A stretch of DNA of 64,000 bases from an archaeon. GTDB taxonomy: Archaea > Nanobdellota > Nanobdellia > Woesearchaeales > GW2011-AR9. Position 1 is the stretch's first letter. Each line of letters opens with the position of its first letter. A program made the position numbers and the translations under genes. Below the pieces are notes generated by a model. That model ran no database searches, was not told the DNA's origin, and saw only the letters and a list, made by a program, of their open reading frames with translations. The DNA lies in NCBI GenBank assembly GCA_002688265.1, contig NZCK01000024.1, forward strand, positions 8,731 through 72,730. The letters are read 5' to 3'. Below are positions 9,099 to 16,866 of the stretch, piece after piece.

Positions 9099-9926
9099 TT
9101 ATTGGGCTTGGAAGTCATCATAAGCGTTAGCTATTGTGCTTGGATTATATTTTCCTTCCGCTCTAATAAAATCATTGAACTCTTCATAAAGGCCAATGAA
9201 ATCACTAGGAACAAAATTTGTATCTGCCACCATCCTAGCTAAAGTTTTTCTCATATCTGCTGCTTCATAAGGGGCAGGTGCTTCATCAAACATTCCCTTT
9301 TTTGATACGGTGTGAACAATACTTCCTGCTTCTAATAAGGATCCTACTTCATTTGTAGGGTCTTCTCCTTTTTGTTGAACAAATATCATTGGCCCTTTTC
9401 CAGTTGCCATATACTTAGACAAATCTTTAAACTTTGAGTCTTCCTTCACTCCAGTAGATTCAGCTGTGTAAAATGCAGCAACGTCAATTGGACGACAATA
9501 GCCTTCCATTTGAAAATGAGCATAAACAACATCTGATAAAAACATAACACCATCACGACGATCTGATCCAGAAGGTCTTTCCATGGCCTGAATTACATCT
9601 TCATTTATTAAAACTTCAAAGTATTCTAAATCTCGATCAATAACAGCCAAAGGAAGAACGTTAGTAGTGTCGCCATCTCTTAAAAAATCAAGAGCGTCTC
9701 TTGCGTTATCTTTAAATGTTGGGGTTTCCTCTAACTTTAACCCATATATAATCCCCAAGTCATCTTTAATTGCTTGGTATACATTAAGAACTTTTTGAGC
9801 GTCACGCCCATTATTCTCAACCACTAAAACTTCTGTTTCTGCCAATGCATCTAAAGATTCGCTTTGTAAAGTAATCTCAGTCATTATTATTTCATCTCCA
9901 TGTGAATTTAATTGTGTTTTCACCAC
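9099..9926 (-). CDS. receiver(CheY)-like domain protein, paralogue B
   Basis: 275 aa. Motifs are VLVVENN, VIDRDLEYFEV, GVMFLS, AAFYTAE and GPMIFVQQKGEDPTNEV. It also has an ~80-aa C-terminal extension. Confidence 0.5.
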   Translation of the reverse strand: MVKTQLNSHGDEIIMTEITLQSESLDALAETEVLVVENNGRDAQKVLNVYQAIKDDLGIIYGLKLEETPTFKDNARDALDFLRDGDTTNVLPLAVIDRDLEYFEVLINEDVIQAMERPSGSDRRDGVMFLSDVVYAHFQMEGYCRPIDVAAFYTAESTGVKEDSKFKDLSKYMATGKGPMIFVQQKGEDPTNEVGSLLEAGSIVHTVSKKGMFDEAPAPYEAADMRKTLARMVADTNFVPSDFIGLYEEFNDFIRAEGKYNPSTIANAYDDFQAQ

Positions 9927-10003
9927 TTATCAATAGTTTTTATTTAAAAACGTTTATGTTCTGCAGTATATGTATCTCATTATAAGTGACGTTTTACTAT
10001 GAT

Positions 10004-10993
10004 TTATTGTACTCCTAACTGCAAAATATTACTAGAACTTTCTAAAGATTCTGCCTCTCCAACTAAAGTTACAGGATATCCTTCATTCGATGAAAGAGTC
10101 ATCTCGCCATAGAAATCATACAAATCAATAGCGTCGCCCTCTAATTCATAAGTTAAACGATCAATCACTTTTAGATTTCCCTCGCCTGCTGGAAAATACA
10201 TATATGAAAAAGAAATGTCATCTGTTGTAATAGTATCATACCGAAGAGCGTCAATCTCAATTTCTATCTCTGACTCACTCAAAATTGAAACTCCATTCAA
10301 ATGTATCTCTGAAATTGTTCCCTCCAAAGTTGTAGTGTGAGCATTAACTTTGAAGCGCCCCACAAAATCTGTTAAATCAATGGTTACTTTTGATTTGGCT
10401 TCAAGTAAATCTCCATTAATTCTAACACTAGAACCAAGGTTACTTGCAATAAAAGATATATCAGAAATTGAAGCAGTGGCATCAATTTCCGGAATATTAG
10501 AAAATTCTAATTCAAAAGCAATAGGATCATTTGTTCGACTAGTATCGACTGTTGGAATTGTTCTGCTAGTAGAATCATCGTTGGAGTTTGATTCTGAATT
10601 TTGATTGTCCCCTTGGTTATTTGCTGTCGTTTCTGATTCTGGAAGTGGTATACTCCCCTCACCTGCTTCTCCTTCATTAGAAGAACCATCTTCTGAATTT
10701 CCTGAAGCTTCTTGGACAGAGGTAGTTGTTGTAGTTCCGCTATCTCCAACAGGAACGTCTGCTAGAGTTGTAGTAGCAGCACCTAAGGTCCCAATATAAC
10801 CTCCAGTTATTCCACCATTCAACACCAAGGTTAAACCACCAACTATTGCAATCACTGCTAAAATAGTTAGAACAATTGTTTGAGCGGAATGGTTGGTCCC
10901 CATTTCTTCTTCTTTAACTTTAGAATTATCTTTACTTTCTTTTGAAATTTTGTCTAATACAGAAACACCTTCTTTTTTTACACCATCAACCAT
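10004..10993 (-). CDS. membrane-anchored protein with Thr/Ser/Asn-rich stalk
   Basis: 329 aa. The layout is a charged N-terminus, one TM (IVLTILAVIAIVGGLTLVL), a GAATTT motif, a low-complexity T/S/N/E linker and a ~180-aa C-terminal domain. Confidence 0.5.
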   Translation of the reverse strand: MVDGVKKEGVSVLDKISKESKDNSKVKEEEMGTNHSAQTIVLTILAVIAIVGGLTLVLNGGITGGYIGTLGAATTTLADVPVGDSGTTTTTSVQEASGNSEDGSSNEGEAGEGSIPLPESETTANNQGDNQNSESNSNDDSTSRTIPTVDTSRTNDPIAFELEFSNIPEIDATASISDISFIASNLGSSVRINGDLLEAKSKVTIDLTDFVGRFKVNAHTTTLEGTISEIHLNGVSILSESEIEIEIDALRYDTITTDDISFSYMYFPAGEGNLKVIDRLTYELEGDAIDLYDFYGEMTLSSNEGYPVTLVGEAESLESSSNILQLGVQ

Positions 10994-11056
10994 AGATTAA
11001 AAGATAAGACGGAATTGTATTTAAAGTATTCTGAAAAATCATACATATATAGGGAT

Positions 11057-11428
11057 TTATCTTTTTTGTAAAAGTCTTCTAAATGCACCTGTTTCTATTT
11101 TTGCACTAATTTTTGTTTGAACATGATACTTTTGACATAATTGCATATTCTGCTGCATCCTAGCTAATAGTTTAGCCTGATTGATTGCACCTTTAGTGTT
11201 CCGTAAATTTTCAAAAGAAAATCCAATGGTTTTTTTCTTTTTCTTTGCGATTTTTAAAGTAATTTGATCAAGGCCCGCTCTGAGGTAATGAAAAGAATCT
11301 TTGATGTGAATTTTTTCTGCTCCAAGAATAGATTTATCTTTTCTTCCCTCAATTTCTTGACGAAGTTTCTTCTCGTTGGAAGATGACATTCTTCTAATAT
11401 TATTGTATTTGTTTGCTTTGGAATTCAC
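11057..11428 (-). CDS. hypothetical basic protein
   Basis: 123-aa Lys/Arg-rich ORF. No motif recognised. Confidence 0.35.
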   Translation of the reverse strand: MNSKANKYNNIRRMSSSNEKKLRQEIEGRKDKSILGAEKIHIKDSFHYLRAGLDQITLKIAKKKKKTIGFSFENLRNTKGAINQAKLLARMQQNMQLCQKYHVQTKISAKIETGAFRRLLQKR

Positions 11429-11514
11429 AATAAACCAAGAATAACCTGTGATTGTTCTTAATATTTACTAAAATATAGCACTGTCCAAAAAATACCTAAA
11501 ATATACAACGTCAC

Positions 11515-12672
11515 TTATTTTATTGCTTGCAAAAGTCTCATTTCTGTTCTATACACCTCCTCAGATATTGCTTTTTGAGTTTTTAGGCCAATAAGGGCTT
11601 TATCAAAAGGAAGCCCACTCCCCCCTAGCATTGAATTATATAACTGACCAAAATTCCCTTTTTGAATTTGGTTCCTTGATCCATGAGAAGAAAATAAATA
11701 TTCCATAGCTAAAGCGACCCCATTACTCCCCTCTCTTGGAAGAATTTTTTGATAAGAGATGAACCGTAAGTAAGTTGCTAAATCATGTCTCACTGCCAAC
11801 TGTTCTCCTTCGGAAAATCTGGAACAAATTCCTTGCAAAGCATTTGGAACACTCTCACCATGATAAGTGCTTAAAACTAAATGACCTGTGCTGGCTGCAG
11901 TTAACGCCGCCCGAATTGTTTCTTTATCTCTTAACTCCCCAACATAAATAATATCGGGTTTGTCTCGAAGCGAATCCTTCACACCCTGTTCGAAACTAGC
12001 CACATGAAGTCCCACTTGACGCTGCACGACTTGTGTTGAACCATAAGATCTAAACAAGGCCTCAATCGGGTCTTCTAAAGTTATTAATTTTGCAGACCCA
12101 CTTCTCTTTATTGCACGCTCTTTAATAATCCCATCAACAATTGAAGTTAACGTTGTGGATTTACCTGAGCTGGTCGATCCTGTTACCAAAATTAATCCAC
12201 TTGATTCAGTTGCAATTAAACCATACACTGAAGTTGGAAACCCAATGTCACTAATTGACATGATCTTACTAGGCAGCTTACGCATAGTCACCGCAAACCC
12301 CATATAGGCGCTACGAATACTTACTCTAAACCGGCAACCATACAATTCTCTTGCCAAATCTAATCCTTTATTGTTTAATAGAACTTCATATTCTTTATCT
12401 GAACAAATTCCTCTGACAATCTGTTCAACAAACTCTTCTGAAAGAGGATCGACTTTTGTTTGTCTATGAAGAAAAGAGGGGCGATCTCCCGTCGCTGTAC
12501 TTGGGCCTTTAGCTAAACTTTTGGGAAGAGGAACTAATCCTCTCCCTGGATAACTAATACTTGGTGCAGACCCCACAGTGAAATGGAAATCAGAAACTTG
12601 ACCAATGGTTAATAGTTCTTGAAAGGTTAACTTGTTGTCCGGGAAAGCAATTTTGTCCAATTCACAAACCAT
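11515..12672 (-). CDS. pilT: PilT-family type IV pilus (retraction-type) ATPase
   Basis: 385 aa. Collinear with bacterial PilT: SDFHF, RFRVS, MRKLPSKI, Walker A LVTGSTSSGKSTT, ITLEDPIE, IIYVGELRDKETI and TGHLVLSTYHG. Confidence 0.8.
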   Translation of the reverse strand: MVCELDKIAFPDNKLTFQELLTIGQVSDFHFTVGSAPSISYPGRGLVPLPKSLAKGPSTATGDRPSFLHRQTKVDPLSEEFVEQIVRGICSDKEYEVLLNNKGLDLARELYGCRFRVSIRSAYMGFAVTMRKLPSKIMSISDIGFPTSVYGLIATESSGLILVTGSTSSGKSTTLTSIVDGIIKERAIKRSGSAKLITLEDPIEALFRSYGSTQVVQRQVGLHVASFEQGVKDSLRDKPDIIYVGELRDKETIRAALTAASTGHLVLSTYHGESVPNALQGICSRFSEGEQLAVRHDLATYLRFISYQKILPREGSNGVALAMEYLFSSHGSRNQIQKGNFGQLYNSMLGGSGLPFDKALIGLKTQKAISEEVYRTEMRLLQAIK

Positions 12673-12812
12673 TTTTTAAAAAAACTTCATTTTTATTTAA
12701 AAAAATGGCTACGATGGAAGCTATGTTTTAGAGCATAGTTTTTTAAAACAGAAACGTTCTGAAGCCCATAAAGAAACACTTAGCCAATTAGTGGAAGAGT
12801 GGGACCAAAAAA

Positions 12813-13016
12813 ATGAAGATTACTGTAACAAACGAGAAAGAAGCAAGTCGTAGAACCATTGAAACTTATGCTACAACAGTAAAAGATTTGCTACAAGAAT
12901 TAAAAGTTAATTCTGAAACTGTCTTAATTGCAAGAAATTCAGAAATTCTGCTCCCTACTGAAACACTAAAAGATGGCGATGAAATATTGCTGCTAAGTGT
13001 GATTTCAGGAGGCTAA
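12813..13016 (+). CDS. ThiS/MoaD/SAMP-type ubiquitin-like sulfur carrier
   Basis: 67 aa, the size of a beta-grasp domain. It ends ...LLLSVISGG-stop, a C-terminal di-glycine. Confidence 0.75.
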   Translation: MKITVTNEKEASRRTIETYATTVKDLLQELKVNSETVLIARNSEILLPTETLKDGDEILLLSVISGG

Positions 13017-13021
13017 AAATT

Positions 13022-13978
13022 ATGTCAAAATGTGATAAATGTGAACACAAATCAGTAATAATGCTGCAACATGGGCCACTTTGTAGTAAACACTTCGTAA
13101 GTTATTTTGAAAATAAAGTCTTCAAAACTATTCAAAAATTTAAACTAATAAACCGTGATGATATTATTTGTGTTGCAACCTCTGGGGGCAAAGATTCGCT
13201 AACAGTTCTGTATCTAGTAAAACAATATTTAAAACGTCAGGGGATGGACTCAACAACTTTGACTGCTCTTGCAATCAACGAAGGAATCGCAGATTATCGT
13301 GAAAAAACACTTGAAGACTTACGCAAATTTTGTAATGATTATGATGTCGATCTAACTGTAGCGACGTTTGAAGAACACTTAGGGGCAACCCTTGATGAAG
13401 CATACCCTAAAATTAACAAGATTACTGGGAAAAAACCTTGCAATATTTGTGGGGTATGGCGCAGATACTTGTTGAATAAGTACGCCAAAAAATTAGGTGC
13501 TACAAAACTGGTTACAGGCCACAACATGGATGATGAATCACAAGCCATCATGATGAACATGTGTAAAGCAAATACTTCGCTTGCAGCAAAACTTGGGCCA
13601 ATGGGTGGAGTGGCTGCGCATGAAGGTTTTACTCGAAGAATTAAACCATTATATTTGTGTAGCGAAAAAGAAACCCGGCTTTACACTTTCTTAAAACAAT
13701 GGAAAGTAGAATACACTGAATGCCCGAATGTAATTGCAAGTTATCGTGCAGAAATTAGAGATTCTTTGAATCAATTGGAAGAGAAATATCCTGGAACTAA
13801 AAATGGGATTGTTAAATCATTTTTGGATATGTTACCTTTGTTGCAATCACGAGAATTAAACAAAGATTCAAAATATTCTGGGCCGCAAACTTGTGCCCTT
13901 TGCTCTGAACCGTCAAACGCAACCGAATGTAATGCATGCAAACTAAAAACTATTTTGGATGGTGTTAACAATGAGTGA
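13022..13978 (+). CDS. ttuA: TtuA/Ncs6-family tRNA 2-thiolation PP-loop ATPase
   Basis: 318 aa. PP-loop SGGKDS. Zn-ribbon-like CxxC pairs at both ends (CDKC..., CALC...CNAC). CNIC plus a later Cys could be Fe-S ligands. Confidence 0.8.
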   Translation: MSKCDKCEHKSVIMLQHGPLCSKHFVSYFENKVFKTIQKFKLINRDDIICVATSGGKDSLTVLYLVKQYLKRQGMDSTTLTALAINEGIADYREKTLEDLRKFCNDYDVDLTVATFEEHLGATLDEAYPKINKITGKKPCNICGVWRRYLLNKYAKKLGATKLVTGHNMDDESQAIMMNMCKANTSLAAKLGPMGGVAAHEGFTRRIKPLYLCSEKETRLYTFLKQWKVEYTECPNVIASYRAEIRDSLNQLEEKYPGTKNGIVKSFLDMLPLLQSRELNKDSKYSGPQTCALCSEPSNATECNACKLKTILDGVNNE

Positions 13979-14957
13979 TACTGATAGATATATTAGACAA
14001 ACTCCATTGATTGGAGAAGAGGGTCAGATTAAATTGGCTGACTCGCACGTTGTTGTAATAGGGGTTGGTGCACTAGGAACAGTAGCTGCAGAACTGCTTG
14101 TTCGATCTGGTATTAACCACATTACTTTAATTGATAGAGACATTGTAGAAACATCAAATTTACAAAGACAATCACTTTACATTGAAGATGATGTTCTGAC
14201 TAGTAAAGTTTTATGTGCGAAAGAAAAATTATTGGCAATAAATAAAGATGTTAAGATTGAGATCCATGCTGTGAATTTGAGTAAAAGAAATATCTCTGAT
14301 TGTGTTCCAAAAAATGTTGATTTGATTTTAGATTGTTGCGACACTATGTCACTTAGGTGGCTAATAAATGATTACACACGCAAACATAAAATTCCTTGGA
14401 TCTTTGCTTCAGCTGTGGGTTGGCAAGGAATGTTACAACTGATTTTGCCAGATTCTAATTGCTTGGCCTGCAATTTTCCAAAAGAAGCGCAAGGTGAAAC
14501 TTGCGCAGAAGCAGGAGTTATGGCTATGACCTCCCACACTATTGCTAGTCTGCAGAGTAATTTGGCTTTGCGGTTTTTGGTTGGAGAAAAGATAGAAGAA
14601 TTTTGTGGCACTTTGTTCTCTTTGGATTTGCAATCTCTGGATATAAGAAAATTTAAAGTAAAGAAAAAAGAAAATTGTGGGCCTTGTAAAAAAGAGTTTA
14701 TGTTGTTAGAAAATGAAGGGGATCAAGAACAAATTGTGCGCTTTTGCTCGTCTGGACAATTTCAAGTGCATAAAACAAATTCTGTGGATTTGAATAAATT
14801 GTTAATGGTTGTAAAAAAAGAATTCGAATTTGTGCACCTTGATGAAGTTTGTTTAAGGTTTGGACCAGTAACAGTATTTTCTGATGGGAGAGCATTGATC
14901 AAGAGTAATTCTGAAGCAGAAGCAGTTAGTATATACGATAAATATGTTAGGAATTGA
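13959..14957 (+). CDS. E1-like MoeB/ThiF/UbaA adenylyltransferase
   Basis: 332 aa. Rossmann loop VIGVGALGT and two CxxC pairs (CLAC, CGPC). There is a ~90-aa C-terminal extension. ATG at 13971, overlapping the upstream stop, is the likely start. Confidence 0.8.
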   Translation: MVLTMSDTDRYIRQTPLIGEEGQIKLADSHVVVIGVGALGTVAAELLVRSGINHITLIDRDIVETSNLQRQSLYIEDDVLTSKVLCAKEKLLAINKDVKIEIHAVNLSKRNISDCVPKNVDLILDCCDTMSLRWLINDYTRKHKIPWIFASAVGWQGMLQLILPDSNCLACNFPKEAQGETCAEAGVMAMTSHTIASLQSNLALRFLVGEKIEEFCGTLFSLDLQSLDIRKFKVKKKENCGPCKKEFMLLENEGDQEQIVRFCSSGQFQVHKTNSVDLNKLLMVVKKEFEFVHLDEVCLRFGPVTVFSDGRALIKSNSEAEAVSIYDKYVRN

Positions 14958-15855
14958 TTTCTGATAAGTTTTTGTACCTTTGAAACTCTTTCATTACTTG
15001 TCCCTTAGTCCAAGCAACAATAGGTGATAAAATCATTGCATTTTGGATTTGGTCTGTTAATATCCCTTCTGCTCTTGTTTCAATATCCTTCCCATCAACA
15101 ACAATACAAGGTTGATTCTTTTGATTATTACAATTCTCTTGATATACTTCAACTGACGGAACGGTCTTTAACTTTTTTGGAAAAAAGTTTTGAATCAATT
15201 CTTGATAATTTGTGAACGATTGATTCTTAACAAATTTTATCTCCACACCCCTCTTCATCATAAGTAATGCAGCAATAACCTCCCTCTCATCTTTAATCTC
15301 AATCACTGCTTCACCTTCTTTGCCAGCAGGTAAACCACCTTCACATTTTATCTGCTGATTGTAAACAAAAGTTCCCTTCTGAGTTATTTCAATCCCTAAA
15401 ATATGGTCTGGTGATTTTAATTTGAAAGTTATATCTTTATTTGAGGCTTCAATCTGTTCCCCCATTTTATGATTTACTTGCACAGAAGTTAATGGAAATG
15501 TTTTATCGCTACGTTTTGTTTGAATATGAAATGTTCCTTCACTCTTTTGCATTAATTTAATTGCAATTGTTTGAATCTCTTCTAAATATTCTTCTGTAAC
15601 ATTATTGGTTTCAATAAAAACAGCTGGTGAATAAGTCTGAATGCCAAACACTAATTGTAATTTATGATGTTCCTTAAAAAAAGGAAGTAGAATTCTACCT
15701 CTTTGAGTATATACTTTTTCTTGACCGGTTTGAATTTTAATATTGGCAACAAGTTTTGATGTGAATTGACGCTGATTTTTTCCTTTCAAAAAAATTTCAC
15801 TAGCAACCCTACAAAGAATATGACTATATTGACGATTTAACATATTTATAATCAA
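14947..15855 (-). CDS. thiI: ThiI-like THUMP-domain protein lacking the PP-loop
   Basis: 302 aa. Collinear with ThiI: EIFLKGKNQRQF, VFGIQTYSPAV, TFHIQTKRSDKTFPLTS, GGLPAGKEG. Where ThiI has SGGIDS this protein has IKDERE, and it ends early. Confidence 0.7.
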   Translation of the reverse strand: MIINMLNRQYSHILCRVASEIFLKGKNQRQFTSKLVANIKIQTGQEKVYTQRGRILLPFFKEHHKLQLVFGIQTYSPAVFIETNNVTEEYLEEIQTIAIKLMQKSEGTFHIQTKRSDKTFPLTSVQVNHKMGEQIEASNKDITFKLKSPDHILGIEITQKGTFVYNQQIKCEGGLPAGKEGEAVIEIKDEREVIAALLMMKRGVEIKFVKNQSFTNYQELIQNFFPKKLKTVPSVEVYQENCNNQKNQPCIVVDGKDIETRAEGILTDQIQNAMILSPIVAWTKGQVMKEFQRYKNLSEINS

Positions 15856-16129
15856 TTTTGAAGATTTGTTTATAAAAACATCGACAAAAAAATTGCGTGA
15901 TTTTTTAACGCAGAAAAAAAAGGAATTGTTCTTGTTTTTTGTGTTTTAAAGAGTATTTTTAGTCTTTTTGCCTGGTTTTTTACCCTCTTCTCTTTATATA
16001 AATCAAACGAAGTATTTATAAAGTGTTATTTAAATATAATAGTCATTAGTTTTTAAATAAAGGGGAGTGGATTTAAAGACGTTTACAGACAACATTCTGT
16101 AATAAAGTTGAAATTCGGGGGAAATTCAA

Positions 16130-16714
16130 ATGGCAAAAGTTGCAACAAAGGGTAAAAAAGAGATTAAAAAAGGTAAAAAAGAAATTCAAATAGTAAATAT
16201 TGTAGTTTCTACAGCGCTTGAAAAAGATATCCCTCTTGAAAAAATGGCGGCAACTTTACCAAACACAGAATATAACCCTGAACAATTTCCTGGATTAGTT
16301 CTTAGAATCAAAGACCCGAAAACTTCAGCATTAATTTTTTCTTCAGGAAAAGTTGTATGTACCGGAGCAAGAACACTCTCAGATGTAGATTTGAGTATTA
16401 AAAGTATTATCAAAAGTTTGAAAAAATTGAAAATTAACGTAACAATTACTCCTGAAATCACTGTTCAAAACATTGTGGCCTCAGGGTCCATTGGAATGGC
16501 ACTCAACCTTAACTACCTAGGACTTAAACTACCAAACACAGAATATGAACCAGAACAGTTCCCAGGGCTTGTACACAAACTAAAAGGAACAAGAGCAACA
16601 TTCCTATTATTCAGTAACGGAAAAATTGTTTGTACCGGAACTAGAACAGAAGAAGAAGTACACGAAGCAACCGATCTTTTAATTAAAAATTTAGAAAGAT
16701 TACTGAATGCATAG
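16130..16714 (+). CDS. tbp: TATA-box binding protein
   Basis: 194 aa. Two direct repeats, each containing NTEY(N/E)PEQFPGLV...SGK(V/I)VCTG. Confidence 0.95.
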   Translation: MAKVATKGKKEIKKGKKEIQIVNIVVSTALEKDIPLEKMAATLPNTEYNPEQFPGLVLRIKDPKTSALIFSSGKVVCTGARTLSDVDLSIKSIIKSLKKLKINVTITPEITVQNIVASGSIGMALNLNYLGLKLPNTEYEPEQFPGLVHKLKGTRATFLLFSNGKIVCTGTRTEEEVHEATDLLIKNLERLLNA

Positions 16715-16866
16715 ATTAATTGATTTTTGTTGTTTGTTTTCTTTATTGAATTATTTCTTTTTTGATTGTTGTTCTCTTAAATGACTATTAGAGTATTTGG
16801 TTCTTTGATGCATTGATTCTATTTCCCATACTTTTTTATTAGCTGGCTGTTCTGAACCACAATAGA

